Shown: positions 1 to 9,788 of the stretch, in pieces
How the letters are laid out: each line of letters starts with the position of its first letter
Position numbering within the stretch: the stretch's first letter is position 1
DNA from: Bacteroidota bacterium
GTDB lineage: Bacteria > Bacteroidota > Ignavibacteria > Kapaibacteriales > UBA2268
Direction of reading: 5' to 3'
Assembly: GCA_004322215.1 (NCBI GenBank)
Contig: SCSM01000036.1
Location: 41,840-105,839 of the forward strand
Length of the DNA: 64,000 bases
The notes under the pieces: generated by a model
The model's database searches: none
What the model was told of the DNA's origin: nothing
The model's input: the letters and a program-made list of their open reading frames with translations, nothing else
Made by a program: the position numbers and the translations under genes

Positions 1-2066
1 GGTTTATATTCAACCTTTGTCAATGTACCGTTAACATAAACTTTTGCAGTATCACCATCATAAGTAAAAGCAGCATGATTCCATTTATTTGCAGGAGGCA
101 AACGCCCTGACCAGCATTGATATAAACCTACATTTAAATAGTATGAACATCCGAGTTGACCCCAATGATATATTTCAAATACATTAAGTGCCGGTCCGGA
201 ATTTGTGCCGATAAAAAACATTTTTTCTTTCAAGCTGTCGGCATTGAACCAGAAAGAAACAGTCAATTCCTTATGATTAAAATCGGCATCGGGAATCCAT
301 ATATAATTTCCATTCGAAAAGTGAAATGCACTATTTTGATTGCCGAATCTGTCGGGAACAAGTCGGGGATTATTAACCGGAATACCATCTAAGAAGCCAC
401 CGCACACAGCATTACTTGCATTTCCATTAAAAGGATAAAAAGCGAGGAGGTCATCATTGGGTTTAACAAATATGGAAAAAGGAATTATGCTTGTATCGGC
501 AACCGTACTGTCTTCCATGCTGTATAATCTCAATTTCACATTATCGCTGCAAATCTTTGGAGCTACCAAAACATATTGCTTTTCGGAAGCATTAACAGGT
601 TCAATAATTTGTTCCCAACTTGCACCGTTATTAATGGAATATTCAATACCAAGTGTATTAACTCCCGAAGAATTCCATTTTATTAAAATTGAATCTCCAT
701 AATTGAATGACTGATTACCATAAGGATTAAGTATAGCTATTGAAGGAATTGAAGGTACGCTAAGACAAATTGCTTTTTCTGCAATGCTTCTCATCAGCAC
801 AGCATTCTGCGGGTCAAATACCATTTTGACCTGGTAACCCAATCCGAACTGATTATTAGTTCCTCCGCAATAGCTCATTATTGAACCGGGATTAGGTTTT
901 GGAGTAATCGAAGAGTCCAGACAACCTCCATTAATTGCATCAGCAGTTAAACAAGTATCAATCGGAGCCCCGAAATAACAACTATGTGTGTGCTGCCCAT
1001 TGAAATTATGTCCCAATTCATGGGCTACGATATATACATCATAATTGAAAGCTAATATCGGGAAACTATGGCTTGCTTGTACTGAACTTACAGAAAAACC
1101 ATATTCTTTATTATTGCACAATGCATCGAAATATCCATATCCACCTCCTCCATAAGATACAGAAGTCATGACATGGAAAACATCTCTCTGTACATTTGAA
1201 TAGTTGTCTTTCCAGTATTGGCGGACTTTATCAGGTAAAGCATAAGCATTGCCTTTTACATCGTATGGGTCAGCCGGATTGTCAGTCCAGTTTTTCAGCC
1301 AGCTTATTTTAATAGAAATGTTGAGCTGCTCTTCATATATAGCATTCACCATAGAAAAAATTGCGATTGTGTATGCTTGAGCCAAAGAGAGGTTACTGCC
1401 TGTGTTTTTAAAAAATTCAGTATCGGTTTCTACTGCAAGCTCGACTTCGAGCAATTCATTTGTCAACGGTTTGTCAATCCCATTGAATTTATTCGATTTT
1501 GAAAATTGTTCAATTTTATCATTTAAACAACCTGCTATTTCATTTTGAAATTTATAGTCATTAACATTCGCAATCATTGATTCTTTCAAATTTGAATTTA
1601 GTTTCGGTGATATAATATATTGAATAATATCATCTTTAATAATAGTTCCGAAAATGTAATTATCAATAAAGAATAGATATGCTTTTTCATTTTTATTACC
1701 GTTGATTGTTCCGGTAAACATAGAAATTTTAGGTGGATTAATCGGAATTTCTCCATGTAAAGTATTTGTAAGAAATTTTGTGTTTCCATCAATTATAGAA
1801 TTTGTTCTAATGAGTTCAAGCTCAGCATTATTTCCTTCATACATAGGAAAAAACCTAATTGTGAGTTTATTTATTTTGTCAAAATTATCAAAGGATAATG
1901 AATTAAATGAAATGTACGATTTACCATCAATATTTTTAATATCAAACAGTTTATCGGCATCTGCAGATAAAATATAATTTGAATTTATGCTACCTGCAAA
2001 AAGGTTATAACTGAATAAAGCTAATAGAAAAATTACGGGAATACAGAGTCTGCAAATTCGATTCAT
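1..2066 (-). CDS. Secreted M12B/reprolysin-like zinc metalloprotease with downstream Ig-like and LamG domains (3' end runs off the window)
   Basis: Manual translation from ATG at 2066 (MNRICRLCIPVIFLLALFSY, signal peptide) stays open to base 1. Contains VELAVETD, metzincin motif HELGHNFNGQH (~990-1022), Met-turn SIMSY, then LamG-like AFYPFNGNA...DRFGNQNSA...WNHAAFTYDG..KVYVNG. Absent from ORF track because there is no stop codon in the window. Confidence 0.88.
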   Translation of the reverse strand, partial: MNRICRLCIPVIFLLALFSYNLFAGSINSNYILSADADKLFDIKNIDGKSYISFNSLSFDNFDKINKLTIRFFPMYEGNNAELELIRTNSIIDGNTKFLTNTLHGEIPINPPKISMFTGTINGNKNEKAYLFFIDNYIFGTIIKDDIIQYIISPKLNSNLKESMIANVNDYKFQNEIAGCLNDKIEQFSKSNKFNGIDKPLTNELLEVELAVETDTEFFKNTGSNLSLAQAYTIAIFSMVNAIYEEQLNISIKISWLKNWTDNPADPYDVKGNAYALPDKVRQYWKDNYSNVQRDVFHVMTSVSYGGGGYGYFDALCNNKEYGFSVSSVQASHSFPILAFNYDVYIVAHELGHNFNGQHTHSCYFGAPIDTCLTADAINGGCLDSSITPKPNPGSIMSYCGGTNNQFGLGYQVKMVFDPQNAVLMRSIAEKAICLSVPSIPSIAILNPYGNQSFNYGDSILIKWNSSGVNTLGIEYSINNGASWEQIIEPVNASEKQYVLVAPKICSDNVKLRLYSMEDSTVADTSIIPFSIFVKPNDDLLAFYPFNGNASNAVCGGFLDGIPVNNPRLVPDRFGNQNSAFHFSNGNYIWIPDADFNHKELTVSFWFNADSLKEKMFFIGTNSGPALNVFEIYHWGQLGCSYYLNVGLYQCWSGRLPPANKWNHAAFTYDGDTAKVYVNGTLTKVEYK

Positions 2067-2153
2067 TTTTTTCCTTCAAAGTTCATCAAAATTGCAATTT
2101 ATATACTTACTTATAAATTAAAAAAGTAATTTCTTTTATTGAGACAAAAATAG

Positions 2154-2193
2154 GAAAAAATTAAAGGCAGAATCAATTAAGAAACTGCCCTTC
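2154..2193 (-). terminator. Probable intrinsic terminator after the 590-aa gene
   Basis: Minus strand gggcag...ctgcct stem followed by a T-rich tract. Confidence 0.45.
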
Positions 2194-2227
2194 ATCAAAA
2201 ATAAAAAATAGTATTATTCAACCAATT

Positions 2228-4000
2228 TCATTTTACTATTACCATCATTTTTGAATAATGCATTTTATTTGTAGTCAACTTGATAAAATATACTCCGGAA
2301 TTTAACCCGTCGTTATCAAATTCATAATTATAAACGGCTTTTTCCTTTTTCTCACTAACCAGGGTTTTTAATTCAATCCCTGCGGCATCATAAAGTTTGA
2401 TTGTTATATAACTGCTTTCCGGAATATTATAAATTATTCTTGTTGATGTGCTGAATGGATTTGGTATATTTTCCAAAAGAATCGAATTTTTTTCATTTTC
2501 ATCTACGGATGTAGGTTTATAACCTGTCGTTCCGTCAGGATTGATGTTTTGAGCATAAATTCCACCATTATCCAGTCTTTGGTCACACCAAACCGCTTTG
2601 CAAATTCCGTTAATTTCAGCGGATGCCTCCAATTCGAACTTAGGGGAACCATGTGACAGATTTACGATATTATTATTCCAAATTTTATCCCCGTTGAAAT
2701 TAATAAACATACATTTAATGGTAATTTGCGGAGGGCATTGATTGCCACCCGTATCATCATTCAAAAACAATACATATACACCATTAACAGTACAAGCAAT
2801 TGTATAATCAGGAGCATTATTTTCCGAAGGACTGGAATAAAGAGTTTTACCCGAACTGCCGAAAACCGGTTTTCCTGTCAAATTGAATCTCTGGCATTTT
2901 ATCGAGCCGCCTTCGATTGGCATTGTTTTATCATTATTTCTCCAGAATAGCAATGGTTCATTTGTTTCAGAATTTACAGCAATTCGGGGACTAAGCATTT
3001 CATTTCCCTGCAAAGTAATTGCCGGTACACCATTTTCAATGAATGATATATCTCCCTTGGAATCTATATGCTGTATATATGTTGTGTAGATGTTTGTTCT
3101 GTTCCTGTCATCATACCAAGCTAAGTAAGCACCATTTTTACCATCGCTTATCATTACAGGGCGAATAAAATAAACAATTCCGCCGCAGTTTTGAATTTCA
3201 ACACCTAATTTAATAGCATTACCTGAAGGGTACATGACATGTCCCAATGCATTAATCTTCTGAACAGTCAGAACCATATCATCTTCTTTTACCAGGGTAT
3301 CGCTGTCAAAACCCATAAAAGCAATTATAGCAGAACCGTTGTCAGAAGGAACAATTCTTGAATAGCACAATTTTGGATTTGAACTGCTTAAGGTCAAATT
3401 CCCGTTTTGAAAAACTTTTTCACCTGACGAATTTAATTTTTGGACAATAACACCGCTCGATTCGCTATCGTAAATCACCTCCCATACAAACATGAAGCAA
3501 CCGTCGGTAGTTTCTACAACCCTGGGAGAATGTTCGAATAAATCATTTTCAGAGAGCCTTACACCATTTTCGCCCCAGAGGAACTCTTTTTGAGGGCTGA
3601 TTTTGTAAGCATAAACATTTTGAATATCATTATTCCGAATATCTGCAAAAGTAATGATAACATTACCATCATGGTCAGATATCATATCATAACCTGTCAG
3701 CCAGGTGTCCTGCTTTTGGTCGCTGATTAGCAGTCCGTCTTTACCCCAGGTTAGATTTCCTCTATCATCCAGTTTTTGAATAAATATCCGGTAAGAGCCG
3801 GTGCTTTTGTCGAACCAACTGACATAACATCCACCATCAGGAGAAGATATAACCAAAGGAAGTATTTGCTCATCCTCGATATCATTGATTTTCAGGTTTT
3901 GTGAAATATCGCTGGGCCATTCCGCTAACAAAGGAATTGAAATTAAAATCAGGAGAATTATCAGAGTCCATTTTCTAAGCAAAAGAAGATTTGTAAACAT
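2228..4000 (-). CDS. Secreted repeat (beta-propeller-like) protein with T9SS type A sorting domain
   Basis: Signal peptide; repeated P.(V/I)..DG.GG..V.W.D / Y.Q.I...G...W units; C-terminal PNPFS...GVYFIKL...KMMVIVK. Confidence 0.8.
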   Translation of the reverse strand: MFTNLLLLRKWTLIILLILISIPLLAEWPSDISQNLKINDIEDEQILPLVISSPDGGCYVSWFDKSTGSYRIFIQKLDDRGNLTWGKDGLLISDQKQDTWLTGYDMISDHDGNVIITFADIRNNDIQNVYAYKISPQKEFLWGENGVRLSENDLFEHSPRVVETTDGCFMFVWEVIYDSESSGVIVQKLNSSGEKVFQNGNLTLSSSNPKLCYSRIVPSDNGSAIIAFMGFDSDTLVKEDDMVLTVQKINALGHVMYPSGNAIKLGVEIQNCGGIVYFIRPVMISDGKNGAYLAWYDDRNRTNIYTTYIQHIDSKGDISFIENGVPAITLQGNEMLSPRIAVNSETNEPLLFWRNNDKTMPIEGGSIKCQRFNLTGKPVFGSSGKTLYSSPSENNAPDYTIACTVNGVYVLFLNDDTGGNQCPPQITIKCMFINFNGDKIWNNNIVNLSHGSPKFELEASAEINGICKAVWCDQRLDNGGIYAQNINPDGTTGYKPTSVDENEKNSILLENIPNPFSTSTRIIYNIPESSYITIKLYDAAGIELKTLVSEKKEKAVYNYEFDNDGLNSGVYFIKLTTNKMHYSKMMVIVK

Positions 4001-4045
4001 AAATCACCTATGCTTCTTTTTCATAAAAAATTAATTACAATTTTT

Positions 4046-4073
4046 TATACGGGCATTTCCAGGATTGGTTACA
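4046..4073 (-). promoter_or_regulatory. Candidate ECF sigma promoter TGTAAC-N16-CGTATA
   Basis: Minus-strand tgtaac caatcctggaaatgcc cgtata ending 46 nt before the ATG at 4000; resembles ECF -35 AAC / -10 CGT architecture. Confidence 0.45.
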
Positions 4074-4275
4074 TTATAATTTTGTTCAACGGATATAATT
4101 TAAACATTATATAAGCAGGATAAAATTCGGATTGTATTTATTATATCCCCAATAATCTTTCAAAATTATTTTTTTTATAGACAAGTTCTAATTAATTTAA
4201 ATTATATATCACTCGTAATTAATCGATAATAAAAAATAATATATATAAATAATTTAACATTAAAAGAGGTGAGTA

Positions 4276-5193
4276 ATGAAAAGATTTGTTCTTTTTACTC
4301 TTATTATTATTTTATTATCAGGATGTGCAACGATTTTCAACTCAGGGAAAGAAACGATTTATTTTGATTCCGAACCGCAGAGTAGCCAGGTCTATATTAA
4401 TGATGAATTGAAAGGTGAAACACCATTGATAATTGATTTGCAACATAATGAGAATTTTTGGATTAGATTCGAAAAGGAGGGCTACAGGATTCATTATGAC
4501 CTGATTGAAAAAGAATTCCAGGGATACTGGTTATTAGTTGACGTTTTAAATCCATTAAATTACTTAGTCTTCCAGATTCCTATTCTGATTAACATGATGA
4601 CGGGGGCTTATTTTGACCCGAATAATACTTACATTAAAGCATACCTTGTTAAAACCAGTGATACCACACTTAAAAGCCATTCAGAATATGAAAAACCGAT
4701 TGGTCAAGAAGAAGCATTAGATATGGAACAAGGGGCATGGTATATAGAAGATATTTCTAATAACGGTTATTTGCCTGACAAAATAATTTCTAATAGTGAC
4801 AGCATGCTTACAGTATCTATAGACAAAGAAATAGTTAACATTCCAATTTCATCATTAAAAGTGATAAAATTTGACCACACTGATAATGTAAGTGGTGGAA
4901 TTTTATGGGGATTGCTCTCTTGGGTAGGTTCGGCTGTAATCGCAGGAATAATTATATCTGCATCAGGTGCGACAAGAGGGGATGGAAATGAGATGGCAGG
5001 GATAGGATATGGATTAATTATTCTGGGTGCATTACCTCTATTTTTATTGGTTGGTGGATTAATTGGTGCATCACATGGAGATGAAAATCTCAATTTTTTT
5101 AATATGACAACTGAAGAGAAAAAACAATTAATTGAAGAAAAAATTTTCGGGAAACAAAAACATAATATTAGAAAAAAAAGAACTTCTAATTAG
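4276..5193 (+). CDS. PEGA-domain lipoprotein with C-terminal glycine-rich hydrophobic helices
   Basis: Lipobox LSGC; PEGA-like SEPQSSQVYIND..KGETP...FEKEGY; GGILWG...GGLIGA glycine-zipper-like tail. Confidence 0.7.
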   Translation: MKRFVLFTLIIILLSGCATIFNSGKETIYFDSEPQSSQVYINDELKGETPLIIDLQHNENFWIRFEKEGYRIHYDLIEKEFQGYWLLVDVLNPLNYLVFQIPILINMMTGAYFDPNNTYIKAYLVKTSDTTLKSHSEYEKPIGQEEALDMEQGAWYIEDISNNGYLPDKIISNSDSMLTVSIDKEIVNIPISSLKVIKFDHTDNVSGGILWGLLSWVGSAVIAGIIISASGATRGDGNEMAGIGYGLIILGALPLFLLVGGLIGASHGDENLNFFNMTTEEKKQLIEEKIFGKQKHNIRKKRTSN

Positions 5194-5285
5194 TTTTCCA
5201 GTTTAAAAAATAACTTTTCACTTGACTTTTATTCTAATATTGAGTAATTTTGATACACGATATTGTTTAATATTTGAATAAAGAA

Positions 5286-5831
5286 ATGCTTGATTCACTT
5301 ATAACATCTAAAACAAGGGTGAAACTTCTTTTGAAGTTCTTCCTCAATCCCGGCACCCGTGCCTACCTGAGAGAACTATCTAAGGAATTTGGTGAGTCAA
5401 CGAATGCTGTAAGAATTGAATTAAACCGTCTGTCAAAAGCAGGATTGCTCAAATCAGATAAAGACGGTAACACAAAACTGTACCATGCTAATACTCATAA
5501 TCCGCTGTTTAAAGAAATTCATAACCTCGTAAAAAAGTATCTTGGAATTGATTTTGTTGAAGGTATTATTAATAATCTCGGCAATGTAGAACTTGCTTTT
5601 TTAACCGGTGATTATGCTAAAGGAAAGGATATTGGCATTATTGATATAGTTATCGTTGGAGATATTAACCAGAATTACTTAAATGAACTAATTACAGCTG
5701 CAGAGGAAAATCTGAAAAGAAAAATCAGGCCACTCGTTTTGAATACAAAAGAATTCAAACGGTTGAAGGATAACCTGAAGTTGGACAAATCACTTTTGAT
5801 TTGGAGCAGGAACGGAGCCGGAAATGGATAA
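5286..5831 (+). CDS. Winged-HTH (ArsR-like) regulator with C-terminal nucleotidyltransferase-like domain
   Basis: MLDSLITSKTRVKLL..FFLNP...YLRELSKEFGESTNAVRIELNRL; C-terminal FLTGDYAKGKDIGIIDIVIVG; ATG at 5286 preferred over TTG 5274; overlaps wzm start. Confidence 0.75.
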   Translation: MLDSLITSKTRVKLLLKFFLNPGTRAYLRELSKEFGESTNAVRIELNRLSKAGLLKSDKDGNTKLYHANTHNPLFKEIHNLVKKYLGIDFVEGIINNLGNVELAFLTGDYAKGKDIGIIDIVIVGDINQNYLNELITAAEENLKRKIRPLVLNTKEFKRLKDNLKLDKSLLIWSRNGAGNG

Positions 5832-6663
5832 CTGGACAACAGTAATAAAACCTGTAAATAGCTGGTTCAACCTCAATCTGAGGGAGGTTTGGCTATACAG
5901 GGATTTAATCCGCCTGTTCTTCCATCGGGATTTTGTAGTGTTTTACAAACAGACAATTCTCGGTCCCCTATGGTTTCTTATTCAGCCATTGCTGACCACA
6001 GTTGTCTATACGATTATATTCGGCAAGATTGCAAATCTCCCGACTGACGGAATTCCACATATACTTTTTTATATGTCGGGTGCTGTGATTTGGAATTATT
6101 TCTCGCTGTGCCTGACAAATACATCGAATACTTTTTCGCAGAATGCGGCAATATTTGGGAAGGTGTACTTCCCACGGCTCGTTATGCCTATTACATCAGT
6201 TATTACAAACCTTGTTACTTTCTTTATTCAATTGCTGTTACTTATTGCCTTTTGGATTTACTATTATTTTTACGGAAGCGGGATACATATAAATAATATG
6301 CTTTTTATGTTTCCTTTACTGATAGTGCAGATGGCACTGCTTGGATTGGGAACAGGTGTATTGATTTCATCATTGACAATCAAGTATCGTGATTTGAGTT
6401 TTGTTATTGGATTCGGAGTGCAGCTTTGGATGTATGCAACCCCGATAGTATATCCGTTGTCAATGATTCCCGAAAAATGGCAGTGGCTCTCGATTATCAA
6501 CCCGATGACAATGGTTGTGGAGACATTCCGGCTGGGTTTCCTTGGTAGCGGTTCATTTGATATAATGAGATATTTGTTGAGTATTTTAATGACAATAATA
6601 ATATTTTTAGTTGGTGTGATGCTCTTCAGCAGAGTAGAGAAATCATTTATTGATAAGATTTGA
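5824..6663 (+). CDS. wzm: Polysaccharide ABC transporter permease
   Basis: YKQTILGPLW, KVYFPR, KYRD, LWMYATPIVYP, NPM motifs; about six TM helices. Confidence 0.93.
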   Translation: MDNWTTVIKPVNSWFNLNLREVWLYRDLIRLFFHRDFVVFYKQTILGPLWFLIQPLLTTVVYTIIFGKIANLPTDGIPHILFYMSGAVIWNYFSLCLTNTSNTFSQNAAIFGKVYFPRLVMPITSVITNLVTFFIQLLLLIAFWIYYYFYGSGIHINNMLFMFPLLIVQMALLGLGTGVLISSLTIKYRDLSFVIGFGVQLWMYATPIVYPLSMIPEKWQWLSIINPMTMVVETFRLGFLGSGSFDIMRYLLSILMTIIIFLVGVMLFSRVEKSFIDKI

Positions 6664-6675
6664 ATTAGATTTAAA

Positions 6676-6975
6676 ATGAGACTAAGCGAAATCGAGAAGA
6701 AGGCATTGAATATAGCTCTTGAAGGAGTTGTAGGCGAAGTCTTTATTTTCGGTTCCCGAATTGATGATAATAAGAAAGGTGGAGATTTAGATATTTTAAT
6801 ATTTTCAAAAGAAAATGCTTTCAAATTATCGCAGGAAGTAACAGTTCGTTTTTTTAAAGTATGTGAAGAAAAAATAGATGTCATTGTGATGAATCCTGAA
6901 AATCTTTCAAAAGAACAGGTAGCTTTTTTAAACATTATAGAAAAAATAAAATTATTTAATAATAAGGTTGAATGA
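6676..6975 (+). CDS. mntA: Minimal nucleotidyltransferase (MNT) antitoxin
   Basis: FGSRIDDNKKGGDLDILI (GS-x10-DxD) plus KIDV; 99 aa; overlaps HEPN gene by 4 nt. Confidence 0.85.
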   Translation: MRLSEIEKKALNIALEGVVGEVFIFGSRIDDNKKGGDLDILIFSKENAFKLSQEVTVRFFKVCEEKIDVIVMNPENLSKEQVAFLNIIEKIKLFNNKVE

Positions 6976-7418
6976 ATATGGAAAAGGATATTAAAGAATT
7001 GTTAATTGTATCTATAGAGAAAGTACAAAAATCAATTGATTCTACAATAGAAGCAGTTGAAAGAGCTAAGGGATTTGATGCATTTAAAGCTAATAATTAT
7101 GATGAACAAGCACCCTTTGATGTTCTTGCATCAAGATTTACAAGAGCAGTGGAAGTGTGTTTGAAATTTTTCCGTACTTATGAATTATATACTGCAAGAG
7201 TAGCATCAGATACAATCAGAGACAGACTTCTAAATATGGAAAAGTTAGATCTAATTAGTAATACTGATTTATGGCTCGATATGAGAGATGTTAGAAATAG
7301 GGTGGTGCACGATTATTTACCGGAAGAAGTTAGAAAAACTTTTGATTTAATAATAAGCGTTTATTTTAAAGAATTGTCAGAATTGAAAAATAAAGTAAGT
7401 ATATTAAAATTTGAATAA
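6972..7418 (+). CDS. hepT: HEPN-domain RNase toxin (nucleotidyltransferase substrate-binding family)
   Basis: RNRVVHDY (R-x4-H-x-Y) motif; helical 148 aa; paired with MNT. Confidence 0.8.
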   Translation: MNMEKDIKELLIVSIEKVQKSIDSTIEAVERAKGFDAFKANNYDEQAPFDVLASRFTRAVEVCLKFFRTYELYTARVASDTIRDRLLNMEKLDLISNTDLWLDMRDVRNRVVHDYLPEEVRKTFDLIISVYFKELSELKNKVSILKFE

Positions 7419-7420
7419 AA

Positions 7421-7615
7421 ATGAGACTGAACCAAAATGAAGAGGATTTATTTAATGAACTTGATAAAATAGAGTTCGATTTCAAGCTTGATGATGAAAT
7501 TAATAGATTAAATAAAAATGAAAAAGAAAAATTATTGAATGCGATTGAAAATATTGATGATGATAATAATGCAGTTGATGATGTGAATAATAATGAACCA
7601 AATAAAAATATATAA
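7421..7615 (+). CDS. Small acidic Asn/Asp-rich hypothetical protein
   Basis: Starts 2 nt after HEPN stop and overlaps neuB start by 23 nt; low complexity. Confidence 0.35.
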   Translation: MRLNQNEEDLFNELDKIEFDFKLDDEINRLNKNEKEKLLNAIENIDDDNNAVDDVNNNEPNKNI

Positions 7616-8624
7616 CAGATTGATTGGAGAAGCACACAAGCCATTTGTGATTGCTGAAATAGGTATCAATCACGAAGGGAATTTTGATTTGGCAATAAAG
7701 ATGATTGACGAGGCACATAAAGCAGGATGCGAGTGTGTGAAGTTTCAGACTCATATTATAGAAGACGAGATGATACCTAATGATGTCATTCCCGGAAACG
7801 CAAAGGAGTCAATCTGGGATATAATGAAAAGATGCCGCTTGACTGAAGAAGAAGAAATAAAAATCAAGGAATATGTTGAATCCCTGGGAATGTTCTTTCT
7901 TTCTACACCTTTTTCACGTGCTGCAGCAGACAGGTTGCAGAAAATAGGAGTACCTGCCTTCAAAATCGGTTCAGGAGAATGCAACAATTATCCTCTTGTC
8001 GAGCATATTGCTAAATTTGGTAAACCTGTGATACTCAGTACGGGAATGAATGATATTAAATCAATTCAATTATCAGTTGAGATTTTCAGAAAATATAAAG
8101 TACCTTATGCATTAATGCATTGCACATCAATGTATCCCACACCTTACGAGAAAGTCAGATTAGGAGCATTGAATGAACTTAAGGAAAATTTCCCCGATGC
8201 TGTATTGGGATTGAGCGACCATTCAATGGGTATTTACACCTGTCTTGGCGCAGTTCCATTCGGAGCAAGTATATTGGAGAAACATTTTACATCTGACATG
8301 ACGCTCCCGGGACCCGATATTCCAATTTCAATCGAGCCGTATGAATTGAGGGAACTAATAATAGGAAGTGAAGCAATACACAAAGCACTTGGTGGTACAA
8401 AAGAGATTTTGAAAGAAGAACAGCCAACGATTGATTTTGCTTATTCCTGTGTTGTTTCAATAAAAGATATTAAGAAGGGTGAGATTTTCAGCTATGATAA
8501 TATATGGGTGAAACGCCCCGGTACAGGAGAAATTAAAGCTGTTGATTTCAGGAATGTAATCGGAAAAAAAACAAATAGGGATATACAAATAAATTCACAG
8601 ATTAATTGGACTGATATTGAATAA
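7593..8624 (+). CDS. neuB: N-acetylneuraminate (nonulosonic acid) synthase
   Basis: IAEIGINHEG, KFQTH, STPFSRAAA, KIGSGE, HCTSMYP, GLSDH, EKHFT; C-terminal SAF domain (VKRPGTG). Confidence 0.95.
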   Translation: MNQIKIYNRLIGEAHKPFVIAEIGINHEGNFDLAIKMIDEAHKAGCECVKFQTHIIEDEMIPNDVIPGNAKESIWDIMKRCRLTEEEEIKIKEYVESLGMFFLSTPFSRAAADRLQKIGVPAFKIGSGECNNYPLVEHIAKFGKPVILSTGMNDIKSIQLSVEIFRKYKVPYALMHCTSMYPTPYEKVRLGALNELKENFPDAVLGLSDHSMGIYTCLGAVPFGASILEKHFTSDMTLPGPDIPISIEPYELRELIIGSEAIHKALGGTKEILKEEQPTIDFAYSCVVSIKDIKKGEIFSYDNIWVKRPGTGEIKAVDFRNVIGKKTNRDIQINSQINWTDIE

Positions 8625-8641
8625 GAATATATGGAGGTATT

Positions 8642-9766
8642 ATGAAATACTGTAAAAAATGCCTGATGCCTGACACAAGACCCGGAATAACTTTCAATGA
8701 GGATGGTGTTTGTGCCCCGTGTTATAATTACGAAAAACAGAAAACGACAGACTGGAATAAAAGGATGGAAGTATTTGAAAAACTCTGCTCTAAATACAGG
8801 GGTAAGTATGGCAGCTATTATGACTGTGCAATAGCAGTTTCAGGGGGCAAGGATTCCACTTTCCAGGTTTATTATATCAAGGAAGTAATGAAGATGAATC
8901 CTGTGCTTCTTGCAGTCGGTAATATTGATTGGACAGAAACAGGAAGAAAAAATCTTGCAAATTTATCCGATACTTTCAGTTGTGATATTATTTCTTTTAC
9001 ACCCAATCATAATGTAGCAAGAACGATGGCAAAGAAAGCATTCATGGAATTAGGTTCGCCGACCTGGTACGCCGATGCTTTGATATATGCTTACCCTTAC
9101 AGGATGGCTATGAAACTCGGCTTGCATTTACTTTTTTATGGCGAGAATGTAAATTACCAATATGGCGGTAAATATAATGAAGAGACACCATCTGCAAAAT
9201 TACAATCTCTTAATGATGTCGTAAAACCTGTTTGGGATTTGTGGCTTAAGGACGGCTTAATAACTGAAAAAGAACTTGATTCTGCAAAACAGCCAACCCT
9301 CGAAGAATGTGAGAAACATGGATTGGAACCTGTTTATCTGAGTTATTTCGTTCCCTGGGACACACATCACAACTATGAGGTTGCCAGGCGATGGGGTTTC
9401 AGGCATCTCGGTCATGAATATAATAGGGAAGGAACAATCGAGCAATACAATCAGATTGATTCAATCGGTTATTTACTAAATCAGTATCTTAAATATCCTA
9501 AATTCGGACATGCCTCCGCAACGGAGATGGCTTCACGCTGGATTAGGGCAGGGCTTAAAACGAGAGAGGAAATGATTCCTTATGTGAAACAATACGATAA
9601 GAATCTCGACCAGGGGATTGTTGATAATTTTTTAGAATTCACAGGAATGAAGCCGCGAGATTTTTGGCATGTTATGGATAAATGGTATAATAAGGATTTA
9701 TTCGAACAGGACAGGGATGGCGTATGGCACGAAAGGTTTGAAGTTGGAGTCGGGATTGTGAAGTAA
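8642..9766 (+). CDS. N-acetyl sugar amidotransferase (PseA/WbuX-like PP-loop)
   Basis: N-terminal CKKC...DTRPG...GVCAPC; PP-loop SGGKDS; YGEN; KYPKFG. Confidence 0.88.
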   Translation: MKYCKKCLMPDTRPGITFNEDGVCAPCYNYEKQKTTDWNKRMEVFEKLCSKYRGKYGSYYDCAIAVSGGKDSTFQVYYIKEVMKMNPVLLAVGNIDWTETGRKNLANLSDTFSCDIISFTPNHNVARTMAKKAFMELGSPTWYADALIYAYPYRMAMKLGLHLLFYGENVNYQYGGKYNEETPSAKLQSLNDVVKPVWDLWLKDGLITEKELDSAKQPTLEECEKHGLEPVYLSYFVPWDTHHNYEVARRWGFRHLGHEYNREGTIEQYNQIDSIGYLLNQYLKYPKFGHASATEMASRWIRAGLKTREEMIPYVKQYDKNLDQGIVDNFLEFTGMKPRDFWHVMDKWYNKDLFEQDRDGVWHERFEVGVGIVK

Positions 9767-9788
9767 TTATATTAAACGGCTGACAATT

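Noticed and set aside
156-1977. Short ORFs 156-392, 457-702, 1598-1792, 1702-1977
   Set aside because: Shadows of the long minus-strand protease frame
6270-6935. 221-aa minus-strand ORF and similar antisense ORFs (e.g. 17561-18220, 43921-44385, 54906-55388)
   Set aside because: Antisense to well-supported genes, with no recognisable motifs
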